This document shows positions 23,667 to 35,022 of a stretch of DNA of 35,022 nucleotides, one piece after another. Origin of the DNA: Reclinomonas americana ATCC 50394 (taxonomy: Eukaryota). Each line of letters opens with the position of its first letter. The first letter of the stretch is position 1. Under the pieces are notes generated by a model. The model was not told where the DNA came from and did not search any database. It saw only the letters and a program-made list of their open reading frames with translations. A program made the translations under genes and the position numbers. The stretch spans positions 1-35,022 of the forward strand of contig PS015209.1 of NCBI GenBank assembly GCA_048213135.1. Direction: 5' to 3'.

Positions 23667-23969
23667 GCCGACGAAGACGACCCCGCGCAAGACGAGGAAG
23701 AGGAGCTGATGGAGGATGAAGAAGAAGAAGAGCAGGCGCAAGGATTCAACGCAGAAGATGATGAGGATGAAGACGAGGATGAGGATGATGATGATGATGC
23801 GGCGTGGGCCAACTGGAACAATGAGACGCTGTGTGCGCGCTGTCACAAGGCCGGCTTGCTGTTGTGCTGTGATTTGTGTCCGTCGAGCTTTCATCCGGTG
23901 AGGGAAGGAGCGGGGGAAGAGCGGCAAGCAGGGGGAATGCTAGAGGGGTGGAAGCCGAGAGTTTTGAAC

Positions 23970-24035
<66 letters not shown>

Positions 24036-24074
24036 GAGACGAGAGAGAGAGAGAGGAGGGAGGGGAGGGGGAGG

Positions 24075-24121
<47 letters not shown>

Positions 24122-24161
24122 NNNNNNNNNNNNNNNNNNNNNNNNNNNNNNNNNNNNNNAG

Positions 24162-24205
<44 letters not shown>

Positions 24206-27200
24206 ACGCAGAGAGAGTAAAGACTGAGTAAGAGAGATGGAGAGAGTGTGAGAGAGGAGGGCGACACCAGATTGAACTGTGTCGGTGCAATGCTGCTTCG
24301 TGCTGCTGCACTGTCGGAGGAACACTCCCTGAGATGTGGTGTGATATGCAGTTGGTCAGGAACACACCGCAAGTGAGGAAGTCTGTCTGTGCAAATATTT
24401 GTGTCGCTCCTTGCTTCTCTTTCTTTCTCTCTCTCACAGGCGCTCGTAAGCTGGGTTCGGAAATGTTGTACAGCAGCCTTCTCTTTCCTTCATGTTCTCG
24501 CTCTCTCTCATTCTCGCTCTGTCGCGGGATGCCGCAGCTGTCGCTTTCCGTCATGCTCTCTCCCCCCTTCTTTATCCATCTATCTCTCTCTCCCTCTCAC
24601 TCTCAATCCCTGTGTCCTCTTTCCTCACCATGATCTGTGTGCACCGCAGGAATGCATCGGGATGACCATGGCAGATGTGCCGGATGGCGAATGGTACTGC
24701 CCCTTCTGCAAGGTATCGTCACCCCCTATTTTGGTGCACCCTTCCACCCGCCTCTTCCTCACCACGAGTCTGTCTCGCCACAGGATCCGCAACTGGCCAA
24801 GCGCATGGCACGCAAGCGCTTCCTCAAGGTTCCCATCTTCATCATCATCATCTTCTTCTTCTTCATTGTTGTCGCACTCGCCTGAAGCCCGCCGCAGGAC
24901 GCCGACGAGATTGTGATGAAGCGCAGACGGATGCGTGGCGTGCCGATTGAGCAGCAGGCGCGAGAAAAGGAGCATGGCTTTGGCAGGGCACGCAAGTTTG
25001 AGATTAGCAACTTTCTGCAGTTTCGGCGCTACTGGATCACCTTGCACGACAACGACCGGCGGAAGCGAGAGGCTTTCTTTGCGCACTTTTCCGATGTTGC
25101 GTCTTGCCATTCACCTTGCACTTCACCGCCACCGCTAATCATCCGCACCACCACTGTGCAGAGTGCCGACATTCTCGAGGGTACCGAAGGCCGCGACACG
25201 CCGCCGACACTTGCACTGGCAATGCTCGCCGCCGCCGGCGCGGGACCGAGTGGCACCAGCAGCACGACAACGACGACAACAACAACAACAACGATGAGTT
25301 CCATTGGTGGCACGGGTGGTGGCATTGGTGGCGGCCTCGGCGGTAGCGGCAGTGGTGTCTCTGGTGGTGTGGGTGGAATCGGCGCGGCTGCTGCCGCAGG
25401 TGGTGGTGGTGGTGGCAGCAGCAGTGGTGGTGGTTCGGTCGTTGGTGGCAGTGGCGCGAGTGCATTCCATCACGCGGCCGGGATGAGTGGAGGAGGCCTT
25501 GATGTTGACGGGCGACCGCGTCGTGTGAGCAAGCGCACCGTCACCTTCAACTACGATGATGTGGATGCGATGAGCGGTGGCGGTGGTGGTGTCTTGGCAC
25601 CCGAATCGCCACTGTTGCGAGCTGCGGCGGCTGGTAAGTGTGAAGCACAGTGCCTCCTCCTCCTGCACACTCGCTCACGTTTCGTGTATTAGGTGGTGGT
25701 CCCGGCGGCGCCTCTGCCGACAAGGACTCGGGTGCAGAGGACCGCGCACATGCGCCTTATCCCCTGACACCCGTGGCCAACGTGCTGCCGTCGCAACAGG
25801 CACCCACACTGGCGGCGGCCGCCGATGCCTCGTCTCTCACGGAGAACTGTCCGTACGCGCGACGGAGTTGCGTGGACACACACTCGTGCATGATGATTGT
25901 TGAGTGACCCGCACTGACAAGCCACGGTGCCTCGCAGTCCTGTCGCCCGCCGAGACCGACATGATCAAGCAGATTGGCGCAGAGGTCGGTTCCGTGTGGG
26001 AGTGCTACTTCCAGCGAGTGGCTCCACTGGTGCCGGAGATGGTGGCTCTGCGCGAGATGGACGAACTGCTGGGCGAGCAGCGTGAGCGAGCCAAGCTGAA
26101 GGAGAACTTTTTGCTGCAGTTCATGCCCGCGGCGAAGAAGGTGGTGCAGGAGGCGAGTGAGGGTCGTGCGAGGGAGTGGAACATGCGGCCGCTGGTGTTG
26201 CGGTGGCGGTACAACAAGGAGACGCCGGCGGACTGGCGGGTGATGTCGTCGGTGAGTGGGATGTGGGGAAGGGAGAAGGGAGAAGAGAGAGAGAGAGAAA
26301 GAAAGAAGGAGAAGGCTGAGGGGAGGACAGGGCGAGTACGAGAGAGATGACGAGAGAGAGGAACACGTGTGGAAGCGAGGGCGGAATGCGAGAAAGAGAC
26401 ACGGCTTGGGAAACGAAGGAGGCACTGTGTGAAAGAAGCAAGTTTGTCTGCGCTCTGCGTGTGTTAACAGAGGTTGTTTCGAGCGAATATGAGGATAAGT
26501 AAGAAAGATGTGCGACAACGAGGGATTTCAATCGATAGAGGATGTGCGATGGGAAGAAAGCCGTGTTGTGGGAGGGATAGAAGTCTGTCTGTGTGTTGAC
26601 CAAGGTTGTTGAAAGGGAAGAAACACGAAGTATGTCAGTGAGCAGGTTTGAGATTGATAGAAGTAGAGAGAGTGTGTGTGAGAGAGAGAGAGCAAAGAGA
26701 GAACACAGAGAGATGTGTGTTGTGTGAAGGAAAGAAGGTTGTCGGTCGCTTAGGTGCGAGAGAGAAAGTGAAGGGAAAGAATGTTGTCTGTCGCTTCGTT
26801 TGTGTTGGCAGAGGTTGCGAAAGTGATAAGAAAGAGACAAGAGGGGTGCGAGAGAGAAAGTGAAGGGAATAAGGTTGTCTGTTGCTTTGTTTGTGTCGAC
26901 AGTGGTTGTTGAGAATGAATAGGAAGAGAGAAGAGAGGTTTGTGTGAGAGAGAGTGAAGGGAAGAAGGTTGTCTGTCGCTTTGTGTCGAGAAAAGGAAAA
27001 GGAAGAGACAAGAAGTGCGAGAGAGAAAGTGAAGGGAATAAGGTTGTCTGTTGCAATGTTTGTGTCGACAGTGGTTGTTGAGAAGGAATAGAAAGAGACA
27101 AGAGAGGTGCGATAGAGAAAGTGAAGAGAAAGTAGGTTGTCTGTCGCTTTGTTTGTGTCGACATGGGTTTATGGAAGAGATAAGAAGAGAAATGAAGCAA

Positions 27201-27625
27201 GCAAGTGAGCAGGTGTGAGGCAGAGAAAGAGAGAGACGGGTGGAAGGATGAGCATGCCAGCTGCACAGCACTCGCGAGTGAGTTCTCTTGTGATCTCCCT
27301 CTCATCCCTTCACCACCCCACAGCTGATCGCGGTGGAGAACGAGGATACTGTGCGGAGTACAGACGTGGTGCACATGCTACGTGCGGATGGTGCCGAGTT
27401 CTCGGCGGACACACTGGTAGGTTCACTCCTACAGCTGTATTCTACGCTTTCCGACGCTCACTCTTTCGTTCTCTTGCCCAGCTGCAAGTGTTGGACGCGA
27501 AGACGGGCCCACTGTGGGAGTTCGAGGTCCGTGATGTGGTGCTCCTGCAGGCCGACAAGAGACCAAGCGGCCTGTCGTGGCCGCCGACCAAGTTGTTTGT
27601 CGACGTTGTGCTGTTCAATCCCTAA
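23667..27625 (+). CDS. PHD-finger protein with acidic N-terminal region and Gly/Thr-rich linker; first exon not visible
   Basis: NETLCARCHKAGLLLCCDLCPSSFHP-ECIGMTMADVPDGEWYCPFC is a C4HC3 PHD split by intron 23898-24649. Downstream exons splice in frame to TAA at 27623-27625. Confidence 0.8.
23972..24202. repeat. (GA)n microsatellite in the intron splitting the PHD finger
   Basis: Direct reading. Confidence 0.95.
26728..27162. repeat. Degenerate ~90-bp tandem repeat (about 5 units) in a PHD-gene intron
   Basis: GAGAGAAAGTGAAGGGAA..GGTTGTCTGT(C/T)GCTTTGTTTGTGTCGAC recurs near 26760, 26852, 26946, 27021 and 27113. Confidence 0.85.
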
Positions 27626-28550
27626 GTAGAAGACAATGTAGAAGCAGGCGCCTCTTTACATCTCTCAATCCCCAACAACAATATCTGTTTATCGCTTGTA
27701 CGAGCGACTGAACGAATCCCTCTCGCTCCACCTTCAATATCTGTTTGCTGGCGCCATGTTCGCTCTGTTTCTGTAGTAGAGAGCTTTGCCGATCTCTTTG
27801 TTTGGTAGTAGAATCCCCCTTTCCCTTCACCCCTTGNNNNNNNNNNNNNNNNNNNNNNNNNNNNNNNNNNNNNNNNNNNNNNNNNNNNNNNNNNNNNNNN
27901 NNNNNNNNNNNNNNNNNNNNNNNNNNNNNNNNNNNNNNNNNNNNNNNNNNNNNNNNNNNNNNNNNNNNNNNNNNNNNNNNNNNNNNNNNNNNNNNNNNNN
28001 NNNNNNNNNNNNNNNNNNNNNNNNNNNNNNNNNNNNNNNNNNNNNNNNNNNNNNNNNNNNNNNNNNNNNNNNNNNNNNNNNNNNNNNNNNNNNNNNNNNN
28101 NNNNNNNNNNNNNNNNNNNNNNNNNNNNNNNNNNNNNNNNNNNNNNNNNNNNNNNNNNNNNNNNNNNNNNNNNNNNNNNNNNNNNNNNNNNNNNNNNNNN
28201 NNNNNNNNNNNNNNNNNNNNNNNNNNNNNNNNNNNNNNNNNNNNNNNNNNNNNNNNNNNNNNNNNNNNNNNNNNNNNNNNNNNNNNNNNNNNNNNNNNNN
28301 NNNNNNNNNNNNNNNNNNNNNNNNNNNNNNNNNNNNNNNNNNNNNNNNNNNNNNNNNNNNNNNNNNNNNNNNNNNNNNNNNNNNNNNNNNNNNNNNNNNN
28401 NNNNNNNNNNNNNNNNNNNNNNNNNNNNNNNNNNNNNNNNNNNNNNNNNNNNNNNNNNNNNNNNNNNNNNNNNNNNNNNNNNNNNNNNNNNNNNNNNNNN
28501 NNNNNNNNNNNNNNNNNNNNNNNNNATTATCTAACAATCACTTTCTCCAT

Positions 28551-29879
28551 TTACTCGATAGCCAGGGTCGTCTTGACAATCATGCCCGCCACAATGTAGG
28601 GGTCGCTGTTGGAGGCCGGGCGGCGATCCTCAAAGTAGCCGCGCTGGTCGCGGTGAGTGAAGCGCGGGATGCGGATCGAGGCACCGCGGTTGGCGACGCC
28701 ATAGCTGAACTTGTTGAACGGCGCAGTCTCGTGCTTGCCCGTCAGGCGCTTCTCGTTGCCCTCGCCGTAGCCCTTCATGTGCTCCTCGTGCTTCTCACCG
28801 AGGCGCTCGACGGCCTGGATGATCTCGGCGTAGCCGCCCTCCTCGCGCATCTTCTTGGTCGAGTAGTTGGTGTGGCAGCCGGCACCGTTCCAGTCGCCGT
28901 GCTCCACCGGCTTGGGGTTGAACGAGACCTCGACAAACATGTCCTCGGCCACGCGCTGCAGCAGGTAGCGGGCCATCCACAAGTGGTCGCCAATCTCAAT
29001 GCCGTGGCAAATGCCGACCTGGAACTCCCACTGGCCGGGCATGACCTCGGCATTGGCGCCGGCAATCTTCACGCCAGCAAACAGGCAGGCGCGGTAGTGT
29101 GCCTCGACCACGTCGCGGCCAATGGCGTTGAGCGCGCCCACACCGCAGTAGTACGGACCCTGGGGGCGCGGGTAGCCAAACTCGGGGAAGCCGAGCGGGC
29201 GGCCAGTCATGGGGTCAATGAGCGTGTACTCCTGCTCAATGCCAAACCATGGCTCGTCGCCAGCAGCGCGCTCCATGACGCGGGCGCACTCGGCGCGGTG
29301 GTTGTTGGGCAGCGCCGAGCCGTCGGGGTAGTACGTGTCGCACATGACGAGGATGTTGTTGCCGCGGCGGAAGGGATCGCGGAAAATCGCGCGCGGCTTC
29401 ATGTACACCTCCGAATCGTGTCCGGGGGCCTGGTTGGTCGACGAGCCGTCGTAGTTCCACAGCGGCAGGTCCTCGGGGCCATTGACGGGGCCATGGACCG
29501 TCATCGTCTTGCCACGAATGTCGTTCTCAAAGCCAGCGCCCAGCCAAATGTACTCGGCAGTGATGACGCCCTCCGGCAGAGGGAGCTCCATGTAGTGCGC
29601 CTTGACCGCCTGTATTGGAGGNNNNNNNNNNNNNNNNNNNNCAAGGAAAATGGTGAGTAAATTGCACGTCTTTTTGGACAGACACACAGCAACTCCGGAT
29701 TGAGCACGGAAGCTTCCTTCTTCCTCAAACAAGAGCACGAAAGGAAAAAAACACGAGGGAGCGGCATGACTGATGCACGCGACAAATACAACAGCGCAGA
29801 CAGAGAGAAAAAAAGAGACACACAAAAACGATTTTGCACTCACCCGCGGGTCAATGCTCTGGGGCCTCAGGTGGTGCAT
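28551..29879 (-). CDS. GLUL: Glutamine synthetase type II, 2 coding exons
   Basis: [12 protein letters not shown]|intron|[106 protein letters not shown]. Confidence 0.97.
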   Translation of the reverse strand: MHHLRPQSIDPRVSAKSFLCVSFFLSVCAVVFVACISHAAPSCFFPFVLLFEEEGSFRAQSGVAVCLSKKTCNLLTIFLXXXXXXXPPIQAVKAHYMELPLPEGVITAEYIWLGAGFENDIRGKTMTVHGPVNGPEDLPLWNYDGSSTNQAPGHDSEVYMKPRAIFRDPFRRGNNILVMCDTYYPDGSALPNNHRAECARVMERAAGDEPWFGIEQEYTLIDPMTGRPLGFPEFGYPRPQGPYYCGVGALNAIGRDVVEAHYRACLFAGVKIAGANAEVMPGQWEFQVGICHGIEIGDHLWMARYLLQRVAEDMFVEVSFNPKPVEHGDWNGAGCHTNYSTKKMREEGGYAEIIQAVERLGEKHEEHMKGYGEGNEKRLTGKHETAPFNKFSYGVANRGASIRIPRFTHRDQRGYFEDRRPASNSDPYIVAGMIVKTTLAIE

Positions 29880-32289
29880 GATTGAAGGTTGGTTAACTGG
29901 AGGAGTTGGGGGGTAACGGGGTAGGCTGGCGCGGCTGTCAAGCAGGCGACTGTTGCAGTAAACAAAAAATGGTGAGAATAATGCATACAAGAGAGAAGAG
30001 AGAGTGGATAGGAAGGAGGAGGAGCAGGGAGAAGAGGAGGGGAGAGTTGAGGGGGGGAGCAAACTGAAAGAGAGTCGCGTGTACGATGAGATGAGGGGGA
30101 GTCGAGGGAGAGTGTGGTCAAGACGGAGGAACGCGGTATCTCACAGAGGAGAGAAGAGGGAAGAACCATGAGGGAGAGGGCAAGGAAGAAAGCAAGAGAG
30201 GGAACAAAGAAAGGGAAAAGAGGGAAGACCGCCTCACCTTGGCTCTCGAGACGAGGAGAAAAAGAAGATGAACAGCGTCTAAAAGTGACAAGCTTTCCCA
30301 ATCGGGATGTCCGAAAGCAGCGCGTGTCTCACCACACTTTTTTTGCTTGCGTCACACACTCACTCGCATCCACGCGCAACGAGACGCAGGCACGATGCAC
30401 TGCGTGAGTGTGCACATGCAGATGAGACGCAAAGCGCGCGCGACAAAGTGTGTGGCGAGAAAATATGAACACACGCCAGATTCGGAGATTCGCGAGACAG
30501 GGGGAAGAAGCTCCCTGTCGTTAGTCGTGAGACGCACAAAGTGGGGGAGAGTCGCGGAAAGACAGTACGCAAATTGAGTGCACAATCACGGACGCGGTGG
30601 AAGGGAGATCGGGCAAGCGCGCGCGCGAATCTCGTTTGTCATGTGTCTTGCGCACATTTGAGAGGCGATTGGCGGCCCGTCTCCGCCACACAACACGGAC
30701 GTGTGTGTCACTGTGAGTGTGATTCATCAGTGTATGTGCGGATTGTAAACTCTTGTGCTGTTTCAGCGGCGCTGCATCAGTTTGATTTGCTCGTGAAGTG
30801 TCTCTGTTGTTTGTGCAAGAGCACGAGGTGGTGAAGTGCAGGATAGGAGGTGGCGCATGCATATGGATATTGCAGTTGGTGGTCGCGATTGTGAAACAGC
30901 ATGACGCTGCGCCTGTTTTTCGTGCTGGTGGTCATGCGGCCACTCATGACGCACGATGGCAGGAAGGGAGATACAGCATGCGCAACAGTCCTGTCGATCT
31001 GTGGCTGCAGCTGTGGCAGCTCATTCAAGATGAGAGTGCAGGCGATCCAGCAAGGCAAGCGATCGCGATCGAGTGAGCGCAAAGAAAGGAGAAGAGGAGA
31101 AGAGAAGGAGAAGAAGAATGACGGGAGGAGGGAGGGGAGGAAAGACATGCCGGGCAAGCAAGCACGTCAGCAAGCGATCGACAAGCCACGAAGAGCCACG
31201 TAGCAGGCTTTTCAGCAAGCGATCAAGCATCGCACTTGTCGACGGGCAAGAAAGAGAGACACACAGAGACATCCACAAATGCAAGAGGCTGCGGTCGACC
31301 GCTGTGCTGAGGGCGGTGATTCGGCAGACAAGTGGGAGAGCCGGGCAAGCAAGCAAGCAAACGATCGGGCTCCAGTACGCGCAACGAAAGCCATGCAGCA
31401 GATCCACGCGCGATCATCACAGAAGCTTATGGCTGAGATCCGATCGAGAGGGAGAGCCGGATAAGCAAGCAGGCGCCACGCAAAAAAACGCGATGCAGCA
31501 AGGCAGTTGCTGCACAGGCACCGACGACGATCGTACATGCCGTTTCGATGACGCAACGCCCCCCACGCACTGTTGGGGTGTTTTGCGCACAGCAGCAGCG
31601 ATCGCGAGGCAACCACGAGCCCAACTCACAACGCAATACAGAAACTCTTGCAGTCAGTCTCGCAGCTCAAAACAAAGCACGCCACAGAGAGACAGAAGAG
31701 TGCGAAGTGTGCAGGAAACGCATTGTGCAGAANNNNNNNNNNNNNNNNNNNNNNNNNNNNNNNNNNNNNNNNNNNNNNNNNNNNNNNNNNNNNNNNNNNN
31801 NNNNNNNNNNNNNNNNNNNNNNNNNNNNNNNNNNNNNNNNNNNNNNNNNNNNNNNNNNNNNNNNNNNNNNNNNNNNNNNNNNNNNNNNNNNNNNNNNNNN
31901 NNNNNNNNNNNNNNNNNNNNNNNNNNNNNNNNNNNNNNNNNNNNNNNNNNNNNNNNNNNNNNNNNNNNNNNNNNNNNNNNNNNNNNNNNNNNNNNNNNNN
32001 NNNNNNNNNNNNNNNNNNNNNNNNNNNNNNNNNNNNNNNNNNNNNNNNNNNNNNNNNNNNNNNNNNNNNNNNNNNNNNNNNNNNNNNNNNNNNNNNNNNN
32101 NNNNNNNNNNNNNNNNNNNNNNNNNNNNNNNNNNNNNNNNNNNNNNNNNNNNNNNNNNNNNNNNNNNNNNNNNNNNNNNNNNNNNNNNNNNNNNNNNNNN
32201 NNNNNNNNNNNNNNNNNNNNNNNNNNNNNNNNNNNNNNNNNNNNNNNNNNNNNNNNNNNNNNNNNNNNNNNNNNNNCGCGACTCACACT

Positions 32290-32330
32290 AGATGCATCTC
32301 TCTCTCTCACTCTCTCTCTCTCTCTCTCTC

Positions 32331-32373
<43 letters not shown>

Positions 32374-32509
32374 ACACCTCACTGTGCAGACCTCACTGTG
32401 CAGACCTCACTGTGCAGACCTCACTGTGCTTGTGCTGTGATCTCACTGTGCTTGTGCTGTGATCTCACTGCGCACACTCACATGATGCATTCTTTTCTCA
32501 CACTCTCAT

Positions 32510-32543
<34 letters not shown>

Positions 32544-32811
32544 CACCTCACTGCAGCGCTCACATGCTTGTGCACTCAACGCGTTGATGCATTCTTTGTC
32601 TTTGTCAGCGCTGACCTCGCTGCACATTCTCACGTTGATGCACTCCCTGTCGCTCACACTCACACGTTCACCAGCTCTGTCTCTGCCTCTCTCCGCGGCG
32701 CACACCTCGCTGTGTCGCACAGTCTCGCCTGCTCACTTGATGATTGATGCGTTCTCCTCTCTCTCGTTTCGCTGGTCGCACTGCACACTCAACACGTTGA
32801 TGCACTCTCTG

Positions 32812-32849
<38 letters not shown>

Positions 32850-33430
32850 CTCTCTGCACACACTTCGCTTTGTCGCATGCTGCCGCTTCTGCACTCAACA
32901 CGCGATGCATTCTGCCTCTGCCAACGCTGATCTCAGTCTCTCTCATGCACACCAATCTGTTCACAGTCTCTGTCTCTCTCCCTCACGGCGCCAATCTCGC
33001 TGCGTCGCACACGCACGCCTGTGCACTCAACGCATCGCTGCTCTCTCTCTCTCTCTGTGTCTGCCAACGTTGATCGCGCTACACGCAACGCGTTCATGCG
33101 TTCTTTGTCTCTGTCAGCGCACTCCTCGCTGTGTCGCGCAGGACTCGCCTGCATGCTCGTTTGTTGATGCATTCTGCTTCACACACACACACGCACTCTC
33201 ACTCTCTCCGCACACCATGTTGTGTCGCATGCTCACGCTTCTACACTTATCACGTGATGCATTCTCTGTGTCTGCCGACGCTGTTCTCGCTGTGCACACG
33301 CTTGCACACTCATGGTGATAAATTCTCTCTGTCGCTCCAACTCACACACATATACGTTCACCTGCTCCGTGTCAGTCTCTCTTCCCCAGCGCACACCTTG
33401 CTGTGTCGTACTGGTTGATGCACTCTCTCT
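32290..33430. repeat. Low-complexity intronic repeat region: (CT)n, (GT)n, 14-mer CTCACTGTGCAGAC tandem, recurring TGATGCA(T/C)TC units
   Basis: 14-mer tandem at about 32378-32428. TGATGCA(T/C)TC recurs repeatedly from about 32483 to 33425. Confidence 0.8.
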
Positions 33431-33498
33431 ATCCCTTCCCCTCCCTTCCCCTATCCCTCACCCCCCTCCCTCCTCCCTTCCCCTTCCCCTCCACCCAG

Positions 33499-33648
33499 CA
33501 CTGGACAGATCTCCGTCTGGCAGCACGATTCGGCCTCGGGCGACCGGAGCGCGCCGCAGCCGTGTTGAGATTGCAGCAGTACCGCGGCGACTTTGAAAAG
33601 GCGGTCGCCGAGCTGCCGTCAAAGCCCAAGAGCGCGGAGGCCGAGGCT
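33499..33648 (+). CDS. Internal exon of an unidentified gene, possibly a UBA-like helical motif
   Basis: Long pyrimidine tract and CAG acceptor at 33498. The only frame open up to the gap reads HWTDLRLAARFGLGRPERAAAVLRLQQYRGDFEKAVAELPSKPK. Confidence 0.4.
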
Positions 33649-34408
33649 NNNNNNNNNNNNNNNNNNNNNNNNNNNNNNNNNNNNNNNNNNNNNNNNNNNN
33701 NNNNNNNNNNNNNNNNNNNNNNNNNNNNNNNNNNNNNNNNNNNNNNNNNNNNNNNNNNNNNNNNNNNNNNNNNNNNNNNNNNNNNNNNNNNNNNNNNNNN
33801 NNNNNNNNNNNNNNNNNNNNNNNNNNNNNNNNNNNNNNNNNNNNNNNNNNNNNNNNNNNNNNNNNNNNNNNNNNNNNNNNNNNNNNNNNNNNNNNNNNNN
33901 NNNNNNNNNNNNNNNNNNNNNNNNNNNNNNNNNNNNNNNNNNNNNNNNNNNNNNNNNNNNNNNNNNNNNNNNNNNNNNNNNNNNNNNNNNNNNNNNNNNN
34001 NNNNNNNNNNNNNNNNNNNNNNNNNNNNNNNNNNNNNNNNNNNNNNNNNNNNNNNNNNNNNNNNNNNNNNNNNNNNNNNNNNNNNNNNNNNNNNNNNNNN
34101 NNNNNNNNNNNNNNNNNNNNNNNNNNNNNNNNNNNNNNNNNNNNNNNNNNNNNNNNNNNNNNNNNNNNNNNNNNNNNNNNNNNNNNNNNNNNNNNNNNNN
34201 NNNNNNNNNNNNNNNNNNNNNNNNNNNNNNNNNNNNNNNNNNNNNNNNNNNNNNNNNNNNNNNNNNNNNNNNNNNNNNNNNNNNNNNNNNNNNNNNNNNN
34301 NNNNNNNNNNNNNNNNNNNNNNNNNNNNNNNNNNNNNNNNNNNNNNNNNNNNNNNNNNNNNNNNNNNNNNNNNNNNNNNNNNNNNNNNNNNNNNNNNNNN
34401 NNNNNNNT

Positions 34409-35022
34409 TCCCCCCTTCTCACAACCGCCGATGACGACGCAACACATTCGACTGACGCGCCACAGCCGCCACCTCCTCCGCCGTCGCTGGCCTCAACACA
34501 CCCTCCTCCGCCACACTGACATGCGCCACCTCCGTCGCGTGTCCCGGCATCGCGCGACGTGTCGACAAAGATCAAGCGTTTCCGCGCGTGCGTCGGATTC
34601 AGCGAAGCAGGATCGGCGGCCGTCTTCACCGTCGCCACCGCACCCGCATACTTGGTCACCACGCTGGCGCGCCGACCCGCCGCCGCCGCCGCAATCACCT
34701 CGGTCGCCGCCGGCTTGCCCTCACCGCCACCAAACAACTCCCTCGCAATCGCCACATCCTCACGCTCCGAGTCGAATCGCGGCAACGACGAGCTGCCCAC
34801 CATCTGCTGCGCCGCCTGTTGCGCCGCCGCCAGCTGCTGCTCGGCACGTGCGAGTCCACTCGCGTCGCGCTCACCGACCATGGCCGGTGGCGAGTAGAAG
34901 CCAAACACACCGACCATACGCTCGTAAAACGACCGCCCATCCGCCGCCGCCGCCGCCTCCTTGCTGGTGGTGGTGCTCTTCTTCGCCTCACCGCCACCCT
35001 CCACAGCCTCGCCGCTCTCCAC
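34409..35022 (-). CDS. Partial unidentified Ala/Gly-rich protein
   Basis: Minus frame is open across the whole last contig (SFYERMVGVFGFYSPP..ARKRLIFVDTS..CQC) and has coding-like GC content. Confidence 0.5.

Noticed and set aside
26728-27162. Regularly spaced repeats resembling a CRISPR array
   Set aside because: The whole unit is degenerate and repeated with no unique spacers. It sits in a eukaryotic intron and there are no cas genes.
29880-30062. In-frame upstream extension of glutamine synthetase (possible targeting peptide)
   Set aside because: No in-frame ATG is present. The region is mostly pyrimidine-rich intron-like sequence, and the putative upstream exon has an in-frame stop.
27745-34519. 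Very long ORFs in the track (e.g. 27786-29660, 31573-33318, 33403-34434)
   Set aside because: They are inflated by N runs and simple repeats, or are the antisense shadow of the codon-biased GS gene.
1-35022. Alternative genetic code or stop-codon readthrough suggested by fragmented ORFs
   Set aside because: The in-frame stops I examined fall inside GT/GC-AG introns, and genes end in TAA, TAG and TGA.

Overview
Gene-dense, intron-rich nuclear DNA from a GC-rich unicellular eukaryote that is probably flagellated and has mitochondria. It is a draft assembly with many N gaps. I hand-spliced these genes, in order: a PP6-type phosphatase (-, partial); an unusual type I membrane protein with signal peptide, FG-GAP/integrin-alpha-like propeller, TM helix and C-terminal RING (+); coatomer alpha (-); a CFAP157-like coiled-coil protein (+); LRRC51 (-); a MAT2B/RmlD-type SDR (+, partial); two unidentified partial ORFs; a small Tim chaperone (+); a RalGAP-like protein (-); a PHD-finger protein (+); glutamine synthetase II (-); and two more unidentified coding fragments. 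The two most notable signals are the apparent receptor-type E3 ligase with an integrin-alpha-like ectodomain, and a large class of 5' splice sites (GTTGCG, 19 counted, 18 lacking exonic G at -1) that fits standard U1/U6 pairing poorly. Family calls come from remembered motifs, not database searches.
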